Shown here piece after piece: positions 9,601 to 18,984 of a stretch of DNA of 64,000 bases (its first letter is position 1; the number at the start of each line of letters is the position of its first letter). Both the position numbers and the translations under genes were made by a program. Below the pieces are notes generated by a model, which did no database searches, was not told the origin of the DNA, and saw nothing but the letters and a program-made list of their open reading frames with translations. The stretch is from an uncultured delta proteobacterium. GTDB lineage: Bacteria > Desulfobacterota > Binatia > UBA9968. Location: positions 320,001-384,000 of the forward strand of contig CAWFJP010000031.1 in the NCBI GenBank assembly GCA_963816145.1. The letters are read 5' to 3'.

Positions 9601-10647
9601 ATGAAAAGTAATATCGTAAATCGGATGGTGATGGCACTTGTCATCAGCACTCTGGCGATGCCGGGGATCGGCCTTGCGGCCGAAGGGCAGCAAAACGTGC
9701 AGGAAGAGCAAAAACGCGCAAAGGATGAAAAGCAGCAACAGCGAAAGGAAAATCAGCAGCAGGATCAGGTTCAAAGAAAAGCTGAACAAGATCAGAAGCA
9801 ACAGCAACAACGCGCTCAGCAACAGGAAAAGCAGCAAGCGCAAAAGCAGCAAGCGCAAAAGCAGCAGCAAGTCCAGCAGCAGCGCGAGCGCGCGCAGCAA
9901 CAATCAGAACAAGACCAGAAAGAAATACGCGCGTGGCAGGAGCAGCAGCGCGAGCGGATTGAGCGCCAGTCGGAACAAATCGAGCAGCAGCGCGCGCAGC
10001 AACAGAAGCAATACCAAATTCAGGAACAGAGACAACAACAGCGTCTGTCCCAGCAGCAGCAACAACAGCGGATCAAAGAGCAGCAACAAAGTGTCGCGCA
10101 GTACCGCCAACATCTGGAACAGGAGGAGCGTCTCGCACGAGAGCATGCAGCGCAACTACAGCAACAAAGGCGCATGGCCCAGTATCGCTTTCAAGAAGAG
10201 TATCTAGAGCGCCTACGGCAGCAGAATAACTACCTGCGGGACCATCGGTTCGACTACGATAATGACCCGTATTTCTACACCCCGCCGATCTATCGTTACA
10301 ATCGTGGCGGCAAGTACTATCAAATCAACGAATATGGTGCGAAGTGGTTACGCCAGGCGGTCAGATATGGTTATGAAGAAGGTTTCCGCGCCGGCAAGGC
10401 AGACCGCGAAGACCGTTGGCGTGGCGGCAGTTACAAAGACTCATATGCTTATAGGGACGCAAACTATGGTTATAACGGCTATTACGTAAACCGGAGCGAT
10501 TACAACTACTACTTCCGTGAGGGTTTCCGACGCGGTTATGAGGATGGTTACAATAGCCGCTATCAATATGGCCGCTTTGATAACGGAAACTATTCGATCT
10601 TGGATAACATTTTGTCACAAATCCTCGGTTTCCAGAATCTTCGCTAA
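9601..10647 (+). CDS. Secreted Gln-rich low-complexity protein with Tyr/Gly/Arg-rich C-terminal domain
   Basis: AGGAGGAG RBS; signal peptide; long Q/E/R/K tract; GYxxG repeats. Confidence 0.85.
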   Translation: MKSNIVNRMVMALVISTLAMPGIGLAAEGQQNVQEEQKRAKDEKQQQRKENQQQDQVQRKAEQDQKQQQQRAQQQEKQQAQKQQAQKQQQVQQQRERAQQQSEQDQKEIRAWQEQQRERIERQSEQIEQQRAQQQKQYQIQEQRQQQRLSQQQQQQRIKEQQQSVAQYRQHLEQEERLAREHAAQLQQQRRMAQYRFQEEYLERLRQQNNYLRDHRFDYDNDPYFYTPPIYRYNRGGKYYQINEYGAKWLRQAVRYGYEEGFRAGKADREDRWRGGSYKDSYAYRDANYGYNGYYVNRSDYNYYFREGFRRGYEDGYNSRYQYGRFDNGNYSILDNILSQILGFQNLR

Positions 10648-10658
10648 CCAATGGTCAT

Positions 10659-10692
10659 CTATGCCTCGGGGTTGCGCAACCCCGAGGCATAG
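10659..10692. repeat. Perfect 34-bp palindrome (hairpin or terminator-like)
   Basis: CTATGCCTCGGGGTTGC|GCAACCCCGAGGCATAG. Confidence 0.8.
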
Positions 10693-10779
10693 CTCGCCAA
10701 CCCAGAGCGGCGCGCATTTTGGACTGCTGTCAATGAACGCGATGGAATCGCCAGCGACCTGTGCTGCTTTCGATACTCG

Positions 10780-11023
10780 GCGATGGTTATGGATGGCGTC
10801 TGGGCAACCGTGGGAAGCACGAACCTTTATTACCGTTCCCTCGCCATCAATGAAGAAACTCAATCTTGCCGTCAACGACGCAGGTGTCGCTGCGCAACTC
10901 GAGAAAACTTTTCAGGAAGATCTGCAGCATGCTAAAAAGTTGACTTACGAAGCTTGGGAGTCGTGTCCCTTGAACGGTAAGATCCCGGAATTGTTTTCCA
11001 TCCCGATCAAAGAGCAGTTGTAG
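10780..11023 (+). pseudogene. Cardiolipin synthase/PLD C-terminal remnant
   Basis: MDGVWATVGSTNL..RSLAINEE, then frameshift into LNLAVND..VAAQLE..FQEDL. Confidence 0.7.
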
Positions 11024-11237
11024 GCAGCGCCGCCTTTATCGTACGGCATTCTTCTCGGTAGCGCTGCTTTTGCTCAACTCAGGCTTGCGCAGGATCGTTG
11101 GTTACAGCGCATCCAGCACCGGCTTCGGACGTCGGCTCGACCGCGACCGCCGGCGTTTTCCGACTCGCTGCTGCAACCGGCCTGGCGCAACATGTGGACT
11201 GCGCCTGGACTCATGCCTCACATAACTCGCTGTGACT

Positions 11238-11265
11238 CGACCTTCTGGTCGATCGTTTCGACTCT
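11238..11265 (+). promoter_or_regulatory. Enhancer-like double palindrome, copy 3
   Basis: CGACC-TTCT-GGTCGA-TCGTT-TCGAC-TCT. Confidence 0.75.
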
Positions 11266-11346
11266 TTCACCGACCTCGACCTCATTCCGCTTCTGGCCCT
11301 ATCGATAATCCCTAACGAAATCGAGTTCCTCCAGCTTTCCGAAGCG

Positions 11347-11361
11347 TGGCACGTAAGTTGC
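11347..11361 (+). promoter_or_regulatory. sigma54 (-24/-12) promoter
   Basis: TGGCAC-GTAAG-TTGC consensus, with the GG 110 bp after the enhancer start. Confidence 0.8.
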
Positions 11362-11407
11362 CCTATATCGTTATTGAGAAAAGCGAATGGAAAGAAGGTA
11401 ACTGACT

Positions 11408-11557
11408 ATGAGCCTGATTCTGTTGATCGTATTAGTTGTGTTGTTGGTGGGTGGTCTGCCTAACTGGGGTTATCACTCGTTTGGTTTTGCGCCGTCGGGC
11501 CTAGCCGGCGTGGTGCTGCTGGTGCTGATTGTGATGCTCTTGACGGGCCGGCTCTAA
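11408..11557 (+). CDS. DUF3309 family microprotein (49 aa)
   Basis: MSLILLIVLVVLLVGGLPNWGYHSFGFAPSGLAGVVLLVLIVMLLTGRL; not in the ORF track. Confidence 0.9.
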   Translation: MSLILLIVLVVLLVGGLPNWGYHSFGFAPSGLAGVVLLVLIVMLLTGRL

Positions 11558-11629
11558 ACGCCTTGCTACCAAGTGCTCAAGAGCAGCCGAGATTGGGCTC
11601 AGAGCCGGAATGATTGAGAAAAGCGACCG

Positions 11630-12310
11630 ATGATTCAGCAGACCCCGGAAGCGGAACGATTCAAAGAACAAATGCGCGAGTCGCTGCAGCACGAGACCAT
11701 GAACTCTCGCGCGGTGACGATCCCGCGGCACTCAAATATTTACACGTGCGGCGACCAGGACGAGATGGTTTATTTTATTGAGAGCGGCCAGGTCAAACTA
11801 CTCATGCTCTCGCCCGAAGGCAAAGAGTGTCTCTTGGCCATCCACAGCAGAGGCGATATTTTTGGTGAGTTATGTTTGTCCGGGTTAGGCGAGCGCCACG
11901 AAACTGCGGTGGCAATGAAAGAAACGAAAATAAAGCAAATCGCCTGCGATCAATTTTTTGCGCGTTTAAACCGCGACTCGCTGTCAGAGGGGTTCGTGCG
12001 CTACCTTGCCGTGCGTATAGCCGACCAGCAGCAGGTCATTGCCAACCTTGTGACCGTGGACAGCGAGCAGCGGCTGGGCCAGACGTTGTTGCAGTTGGCG
12101 CGCACCATGGGCAAGAAGGATCCGCGCAGCATCCGCATCGAGCTCAAGATTTCCCATGAAGAATTGTCTGAAATGGTCGGCACGACGCGGCCGAGGATCA
12201 GTTTGTTTATGCAGAGATTTCGCAATCTTGGGCTGATCGAAACGAATGCAGACCATTTTCTCGTCATCAAGGAACACAAACTCACCGATTACTTGGCGCA
12301 GATCGCCTAG
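11630..12310 (+). CDS. Crp/Fnr family transcriptional regulator
   Basis: cNMP-binding fold (YFIESGQVKL, GDIFGE) and HTH (SHEELSEMVGTTRPRIS). Confidence 0.9.
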   Translation: MIQQTPEAERFKEQMRESLQHETMNSRAVTIPRHSNIYTCGDQDEMVYFIESGQVKLLMLSPEGKECLLAIHSRGDIFGELCLSGLGERHETAVAMKETKIKQIACDQFFARLNRDSLSEGFVRYLAVRIADQQQVIANLVTVDSEQRLGQTLLQLARTMGKKDPRSIRIELKISHEELSEMVGTTRPRISLFMQRFRNLGLIETNADHFLVIKEHKLTDYLAQIA

Positions 12311-12646
12311 ATCGGGTGACCTTGCAGCGCCAGGAGTGGCGATTCGGTCAAGGCCGCTAGTGAAGTCGATAGACATAATTATTGGCGTGAACGACGGAAG
12401 ATTCTGGGTAGATACGAGCCCCTCAGCCGCGCCGATCGAGTCAGGAAACGACCCATGCAATGCTTTGGATAGTTTTTGTGCTATTGTTAGGAATAGCACT
12501 GGTCGGCATACTTGCGACCTGCACGTTAATCGGTGGGGTGGTGCAAATCAAATTGATTTGTGCGCACGCCACTTTCGGCATCCATCGCATATGGCGCATG
12601 AGAGCCGGTTGACCGTTTAGACGCGGGTGAGAGGAGTGAGGATTTT

Positions 12647-12874
12647 GTGGAAGCTAAACCGCTAATACAGGTCGGGATCGCCTTCATCTTTCTCGGCATC
12701 GTCGCTTTCACTTATCGTGGCGGCGACACTCGCCGTGAACAGACCGTGCAAATCTGGCCGGTTCAAGCCGGTGTCGACGCGATGAAAACTCTTTCGCGTT
12801 CGCCGCTCATGATTGGCTTGGTGCTTGCCGGCGGGGTTGGGCTGGTTACTCTCGGGGTCAGAAAATCTTCTTAA
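12647..12874 (+). CDS. DUF3185-like small membrane protein, paralogue of 6822-7053
   Basis: VGIAFIFLGIVAFTY..GGVGLVTLGVRKSS; GAGG RBS. Confidence 0.7.
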   Translation: MEAKPLIQVGIAFIFLGIVAFTYRGGDTRREQTVQIWPVQAGVDAMKTLSRSPLMIGLVLAGGVGLVTLGVRKSS

Positions 12875-12953
12875 GCGCCGCGTAGCGGCGAGCTCGATCG
12901 AACCGCGGCGCTATAACACTGGCGGCTGCGAAAGCAACATGACTTATCGACTC

Positions 12954-13631
12954 TCACTGTTCGTGCCAAGCTAGGCGCAGTTGTTGCATTGCCGCGGGAT
13001 GGCGGCGGATCAAGAACGCAAACATGGCGATGGCCGCGAACAGATTGCCGCAGGCGACCGCCACGGTGCCGATGGTGCCGATGAGGTTGGGAAAGATCGC
13101 TGCCGCGGCGGAAAATAGAATCGATTCGAACAAAAGAAACAACAGCAATATCACGATGCCGAACTGCGGGTTGTGCTCGAACATGGCAAACATGCGGGCG
13201 ATAACGAATCCGGCGATGAGAAATAGCACCCCGTGCAAGCCGGTATAGGCGAAGATAATATAGGGATTGATCGATATTATCCGATCGGGGCTCTGGCCGA
13301 GAAAGATCACGCTGCCGAGAAGCGAAGGGGTGAAGAAAATTTGGCCGCGCGCGGTGTCGAGGATCAAGAACCAGATGGCGACGACGGCGGCGCCGGTCAT
13401 GCCGGTGAGAATGCCGTCTTCAAAAAGACTTGGCTGGGCGCTGCTGATTCTCGCTGGGCGAAGACGCTTGGGCAGCGGATGACGTGGCACTTTCCATGAA
13501 CCCTCCGTAGGCACCGAGTTTTGGCCGGTGCGGTTTTGCTGTGGCGCCGGTGCGCTAGCGCCGCTTTCAAGCACCGCTTCGACATCTAACAAGCGCTCGC
13601 AGGCGGCTCGATCCGCGAACACTCGGTACAC
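12954..13631 (-). CDS. Hypothetical multi-TM membrane protein
   Basis: Four hydrophobic segments after DGILTGMTGAAVVAIWFLILD. Confidence 0.7.
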   Translation of the reverse strand: MYRVFADRAACERLLDVEAVLESGASAPAPQQNRTGQNSVPTEGSWKVPRHPLPKRLRPARISSAQPSLFEDGILTGMTGAAVVAIWFLILDTARGQIFFTPSLLGSVIFLGQSPDRIISINPYIIFAYTGLHGVLFLIAGFVIARMFAMFEHNPQFGIVILLLFLLFESILFSAAAAIFPNLIGTIGTVAVACGNLFAAIAMFAFLIRRHPAAMQQLRLAWHEQ

Positions 13632-13741
13632 TCTCAGCGGAGAGATAACTCAGTGCGGGCGACAGTGTCAACCTAATCTGGGCTGGCTTAATCCATCATT
13701 GCCGCCCGTCTCAAGCGGGAATCCAGGTAGCTCGCGCATCG

Positions 13742-14245
13742 TTACCGGCGAGCGGCCGACGACGCGCGCGTCACGCACCAAGAAAGCATCTCCATCTGCG
13801 GCATGGTTTCCACCATTGATCCCGCACGTGACACGAGGCTTTCTGCTTCAGTGATGGGTTTGCCCATGGCGAGCAGCACGGAGACGGCCAGCAGCGCGGT
13901 GCGGCCAACGCCGCCCGCGCAGTGAACCAGGACGGCTTCACCGGATTGCAAGCGGTTGGCGACGTCGTTGGCCAAAGCCCAGAAGGCATCCTTGTTCTCC
14001 GGAACGCCGCCTTCGCGGATTTCAAACGGCACCACAGAACAAGGGACGGACCCTGTATCCAGGGCCTCGGCGTACTTCAGAGATTTTTGCCGGATCTCGA
14101 AATCTTCGGTTAAACAGACGATGGCGTCCACTGCTTCGGTTTTCACCTGATGCCACACTTTGTCGATTGTTTCAAAGCGACCGGGCATGCTGTGCAGCAG
14201 CAACCGGCCAGGAACCGAGTCGGGCAGTTCGACATTACGAAACAT
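13742..14245 (-). CDS. Dual-specificity/tyrosine protein phosphatase
   Basis: HCAGGVGRT (CX5R) motif; GGAG RBS. Confidence 0.85.
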   Translation of the reverse strand: MFRNVELPDSVPGRLLLHSMPGRFETIDKVWHQVKTEAVDAIVCLTEDFEIRQKSLKYAEALDTGSVPCSVVPFEIREGGVPENKDAFWALANDVANRLQSGEAVLVHCAGGVGRTALLAVSVLLAMGKPITEAESLVSRAGSMVETMPQMEMLSWCVTRASSAARR

Positions 14246-14521
14246 TTTGCTTTCTCCAGTTAGAGATTCGCTTCACCATCCAGTTTAGAAATATGCAATC
14301 GACACCGAATACACAAGCCAGACTCCGACCCCCAAAAGCATGGACCGAACCACGTGATATGCGCAGCAATTCTTTATAGCGCGGCAATTGTCGGAAGCAC
14401 GACTGAATAGGCAAACCAATCAGGCAGCCGAAGGGCTCTGTCCCGCGTAGCAATTCGACTTTCGCAAGTTTATATTGTCAGAGCGCTGAAACGACAGTCA
14501 AAATAAAGGGGTAGACAAGAG

Positions 14522-16174
14522 ATGGCGATTCATCCACTGGCCGGCAAGCCGGCGCCGGCTGAGATTCTCATTGATGTTGCCGCGCTTGAGAAGGCGTATT
14601 ACGAGCGCAATCCGAATGTCGACGACCCGGCCGAGCTGGTCAGCTTCGGCACCAGCGGTCATCGCGGTAGTCCGTTCAGCGCAAGTTTGAACGAGGCGCA
14701 TATCCTGGCGATCACCCAGGCGATTTGTGAATACCGGGCGAGCAAGCAAATCACCGGGCCGTTGTATATGGGCAAAGACACCCACGCGGCCTCCGGCCCG
14801 GCCCAGCGCACGGCGCTCGAAGTACTGGCCGGAAATTCCGTCGAGACAATCATCCAGCGCAAAGACGGCTTTACGCCGACTCCGGCGATCTCGCGAGCGA
14901 TCCTGGCGCATAACCGCGGCAAGAAAGACAGGGTCGCCGACGGCATCGTGGTGACGCCGTCGCATAACCCGCCGGCCGATGGCGGCTTCAAGTACAATCC
15001 GCCGGACGGCGGGCCGGCTGATACCGATGTCACCGATTGGATTCAAGCACGGGCAAATCTTTTACTGCGCGACGGCAATCGCGGGGTGAAACGAATTAGC
15101 TACGACTCGGCGTTAAAAGCTGCGACGACGCATCAAGAAGATTTGCTCAGCCCCTATGTCGACGATCTGCCGGCAGTCATCGACATGGAAGCGATTCGCG
15201 CGCAACAGGTGAAGATCGGTGTCGATCCGCTCGGCGGCGCGGCGCTGGGCTACTGGCAAAAAATCGCCGAGCGCTACCGGCTCGATCTCACGGTGGTGAA
15301 CGCGCAAGTCGATCCGACGTTTGCTTTCATGACATTGGATCACGACGGCAAGATTCGCATGGATTGTTCGAGCCCGTACGCGATGGCGAGCCTCGTGCAG
15401 TTGAAAGACCGATTTCAGGTCGCGTTCGGTAACGACGCCGACGCGGACCGTCACGGCATCGTCACGCCGGCTCTCGGGCTGATGAATCCCAATCACTACC
15501 TGGCGGTAGCGATTCACTATCTTCTGTCGCACCGGCCCGCGTGGAATAGGTCCGCTGCGGTCGGCAAGACTTTGGTCAGCAGTTGTCTGATCGACCGCGT
15601 CGTCGAGAGTCTCGACCGCAAACTGTTCGAAGTGCCGGTGGGCTTCAAGTGGTTTTCGCCGGGATTATACGACGGCTCGGTGTGTTTCGGCGGCGAAGAG
15701 AGCGCCGGCGCGAGTTTTCTGTGTCAAGACGGCACCGTCTGGACCACCGACAAAGACGGCATCATTCTCTGTTTGCTCGCCGCCGAAATGATTGCGACCA
15801 CGGGACGCGACGCGGCGAGTTGGTACGACGAATTGACCCGCGCCATGGGCAAGCCTTATTACACGCGCGTCGATCTAGCGGCGACCGCGGCGCAGAAGAA
15901 TGCTTTGAAAGCGTTAAAGCCGGATGCGCTCACGGCCAACGAACTCGCCGGCGAGCCGATCTTGGCGAAGCTCACCCATGCACCGGGCAACGGCGCGGCC
16001 ATCGGCGGTCTCAAAGTCGCAGCCAAAAGCGGCTGGTTTGCCGTGCGTCCTTCGGGCACCGAGGATTTGTGTAAGATCTACGCCGAGAGTTTGCGCTCGG
16101 AGGAACATTTATTGGCGATCAAAGACCAGGCGGCGGCGATTATGCAGGATGTTTTCGCCGCGGCAAATGCGTAA
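14522..16174 (+). CDS. pgm: Phosphoglucomutase
   Basis: [35 protein letters not shown]. Confidence 0.95.
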   Translation: MAIHPLAGKPAPAEILIDVAALEKAYYERNPNVDDPAELVSFGTSGHRGSPFSASLNEAHILAITQAICEYRASKQITGPLYMGKDTHAASGPAQRTALEVLAGNSVETIIQRKDGFTPTPAISRAILAHNRGKKDRVADGIVVTPSHNPPADGGFKYNPPDGGPADTDVTDWIQARANLLLRDGNRGVKRISYDSALKAATTHQEDLLSPYVDDLPAVIDMEAIRAQQVKIGVDPLGGAALGYWQKIAERYRLDLTVVNAQVDPTFAFMTLDHDGKIRMDCSSPYAMASLVQLKDRFQVAFGNDADADRHGIVTPALGLMNPNHYLAVAIHYLLSHRPAWNRSAAVGKTLVSSCLIDRVVESLDRKLFEVPVGFKWFSPGLYDGSVCFGGEESAGASFLCQDGTVWTTDKDGIILCLLAAEMIATTGRDAASWYDELTRAMGKPYYTRVDLAATAAQKNALKALKPDALTANELAGEPILAKLTHAPGNGAAIGGLKVAAKSGWFAVRPSGTEDLCKIYAESLRSEEHLLAIKDQAAAIMQDVFAAANA

Positions 16175-16186
16175 CCCGAGCCGATT

Positions 16187-17074
16187 ATGGAACTAAAGAT
16201 CAATGCAACGATCGAACTCAATGACGGCCAGGCGATTCCGCGGTTCGGCTTGGGTGTTTGGCAGATCAGCTCGGGCAAGAGCTGCGAGTCGGCGGTGTGC
16301 GCGGCGCTCGACGCCGGCTATCGCCATATCGACACGGCGGCGTTTTACGGCAATGAAGAGAGCGTCGGCAACGCGATCCGCGACAGCGGCATCGCCCGCG
16401 AAGAGATCTACGTCACCACCAAGCTGTGGAACAGCGCCCACGGCGATCCCGGGCAAGCGCTGGAACGCAGTCTCAACAAGCTCAAAATGGATTACGTCGA
16501 TCTGTACTTGATCCATTACCCGGTGCCGGAGCGGCTGCGCAGTTGGCGTGTGTTGGAAGGCTTGCGCGCCAGTGGCAAGACCCGTTCCATTGGTGTGAGC
16601 AATTTCACCATACGGCACTTAACTGAATTGCTCGCCAAGGGCGAGACGGCGCCAGCCGTCAATCAGGTGGAGTTCCATCCGTATTTGTATCAGCGCGACT
16701 TGTTGGAGTTTTGCCGCAAGAACCATATCGTCATCGAGGCTTACAGTCCGTTGACCCATGGTGAGCGGCTCGCCGACCCTAAGCTGGTAGCGATCGCGCG
16801 CAAGTATTCAAACAAGGCAGCGATGGCCGATGCTGCGTCGTCCGGTTTTCTCAACAAGTTGAATCGAAACGCCGGCGCTAAATCAACGGCGCAGATCCTG
16901 ATCCGCTGGGCCTTGCAGCACGATGTGGTGGTGATTCCGAAATCGGCGAACCGTCAACGGATCGTTGAAGATGCCGATGTCTTCGACTTCGCGATCAGCG
17001 CGGACGACATGCGGACGCTCGATGGCTTCGATGAAAATTTGCGGACTTGCTGGGATCCGACCCATGCGCCGTAA
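16187..17074 (+). CDS. Aldo/keto reductase (2,5-DKG reductase-like)
   Basis: GYRHIDTA.FYGNE, YVDLYLIH, IGVSNF, IPKS. Confidence 0.92.
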   Translation: MELKINATIELNDGQAIPRFGLGVWQISSGKSCESAVCAALDAGYRHIDTAAFYGNEESVGNAIRDSGIAREEIYVTTKLWNSAHGDPGQALERSLNKLKMDYVDLYLIHYPVPERLRSWRVLEGLRASGKTRSIGVSNFTIRHLTELLAKGETAPAVNQVEFHPYLYQRDLLEFCRKNHIVIEAYSPLTHGERLADPKLVAIARKYSNKAAMADAASSGFLNKLNRNAGAKSTAQILIRWALQHDVVVIPKSANRQRIVEDADVFDFAISADDMRTLDGFDENLRTCWDPTHAP

Positions 17075-17327
17075 GCATGCGATGTACGGGGGCTTAAACT
17101 GCAATATTCGATTCGCACCGGTTAGTTCTTGTTGACGCGCTCGATGACACCGTTCTTTAGCAACGGACGGTGCCGTTGTCGGCGATGTGTTCGGCTCGAC
17201 GGCTGTTTGGTGGCGTAAGGGCTAGGTTCAGCGTGGTGCTCGCGCGTGGACGGGTAAATAGATTCCCGAATGGTCGCGAACCTTTAATGATCGATCATCC
17301 TCGCAGTAACGCGTCGACGCTCTGGGA

Positions 17328-17489
17328 TTATCTCTCCCAGTTCTTGCGCATCCACAGTCCGGCGCTGAATACCGTGATGCCGATGGCGGCGAGAAAGTAT
17401 TCAATCCCGTAGCGCGGCAGAAAATAGGCTTCCAGCAGGCCGATGCCGTAGAGCGTTAAGATGATGAAACTATGTCGGAGTAATCTCAT
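17328..17489 (-). CDS. 53-aa two-TM microprotein
   Basis: MRLLRHSFIILTLYGIGLLEAYFLPRYGIEYFLAAIGITVFSAGLWMRKNWER; preceded by a sigma54-like box. Confidence 0.6.
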   Translation of the reverse strand: MRLLRHSFIILTLYGIGLLEAYFLPRYGIEYFLAAIGITVFSAGLWMRKNWER

Positions 17490-17502
17490 GACCCTCATCA
17501 GC

Positions 17503-17517
17503 GCAGGATTTGTACCA
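17503..17517 (-). promoter_or_regulatory. Possible sigma54 promoter
   Basis: TGGTAC-AAATC-CTGC on the minus strand; palindrome TGTC-N6-GACA at 17602-17615. Confidence 0.5.
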
Positions 17518-17786
17518 ACTCTACTCTTTGGGAAATCTTGTCACGATTCGGCGTTTTTTACAATAAAAGATGACGACCGCGGCGACGCATTCTGCCCGAT
17601 ATGTCGAATGTGACAGTGATTGCCTACGATTGAGACAGAATAGGCGAAGGCATTTCCCGGCGCAAGGTTAAGCAAGCGACGAAATTGACTTTATCGGTAC
17701 TGAAACGAATGTTTCAGACCTTCCAATCGCAAACTCGTTCATCTCCGACGCCATAGTCTTGCCCAACACGCTGCGCGACAGATCTT

Positions 17787-18317
17787 TTAAGGTGCGATCG
17801 ACCCGTCGCCGAAGGTATCGCCAAGCCCGCGGCTCGGTGCAACCTTGCCGCCGAATAGTTTCTTAGCACCTTTACCTTGATTTCCTAAGTCGGTGCGGAA
17901 ATCGTAGAGATCGAATGGGTAACCGCCGGGGGAAGTGTTGAACTTGGAAAGTCCTTGGTTAATCGGTTGAAAACTTTCGGTCTCGGCGCGGATCGTCGCG
18001 AGCGCCATCAGGACCATTGTTTTGTCGCCCAATGCGCGCTCGACCAATCCCTGCAGCACAAATGGCAGATTATCGCGAATGTTATCCACCGGCGTGACTG
18101 GAAATATCTTCGACATCATGGTCACCGTGAGGCCGGGAATCACCGAGGGTAAGTTATCGTTGGCGGCCAGCCCGAAATCGCCATCGATGCGGCCAGGGTT
18201 AAAGCCGACTTTCTTCAGATTGGATTGCAGCTTGGCAACGGCCCGGCCGGTGGACCCTTCCTTGAGAACGAAAGGATTACTGCGCGCACCCTTCAAACGT
18301 AAATTGGATTTTGCCAT
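17787..18317 (-). pseudogene. Peptidoglycan-binding domain plus truncated lysozyme/GH19-like domain
   Basis: LKEGSTGRAVAKLQ..L...GF.PG.IDGDFG; LATIRAET; YD.R.DLGN, then abrupt loss of similarity. Confidence 0.6.
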
Positions 18318-18437
18318 TTATTCTCCTTGCCGAGTCGATACCAATAAATCGATGCTTCCGGCATCAACACAGCCGGAAAAATCGCTGCCGGTTCCGGGGT
18401 AATCATTGATACCGATACAGAGCGCATATTCTGCCAT
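18318..18437 (-). pseudogene. Metacaspase (C14) N-terminal remnant
   Basis: MAEYALCIGINDYPGTGSDFSGCV; only 39 codons. Confidence 0.65.
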
Positions 18438-18789
18438 GTGAAATACCTTCATAGTTCATGTGATTATTTGTTCCTATTTCGGATCTGCTGACTTGTTGAG
18501 GTTGATTCAGCAACTGCGATGTCAGGCTTCTTAATGTTAGCGAGCTTATCGCAACGGCGCCGATCTCGCCGGAATCTCACTCGATTATACCGACTCGAGA
18601 CATCCCATGCGGCGCCGCGCGGTAACTTTTGTTACGCGCTAGTGAATCCGTTTATTGCGTTGGTGCCTCGCCCACTACTTATCGCCCGGGTTTTATGACG
18701 CTACAACTTTAACTGAACTATGTTAGGCTGATTCGGTCTAGTATTTTATCTCAAATCTTGAGGAATCGGGCATGAAAATTTCCATCAAG

Positions 18790-18984
18790 AAAGTCGTCCT
18801 TCCCCGCGAAGCGATGGCGATCCCCATCGGTGGCGGTGACCCGGAAGCGATCAAAGTTACGACCAAGCTAGTGCGCGACACCGGTTTCGATCCGGTGCTG
18901 GGCGGCAACCTCGAACGGTCGCGGCCGTATGCCCATGGTGGACCGTTGTACAGCCAGGAGATCACCGCCAAAGAGATGCAATAA
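18790..18984 (+). pseudogene. C-terminal remnant of an NADP oxidoreductase (F420-dependent-like)
   Basis: AIPIGGGDPEAIKV...LVRDTGFDPV.GG.L. Confidence 0.5.

Noticed and set aside
9601-10260. CAG/CAA-rich repeats as a CRISPR or DNA repeat array
   Set aside because: They are Gln codons of one ORF; there is no constant repeat/spacer structure
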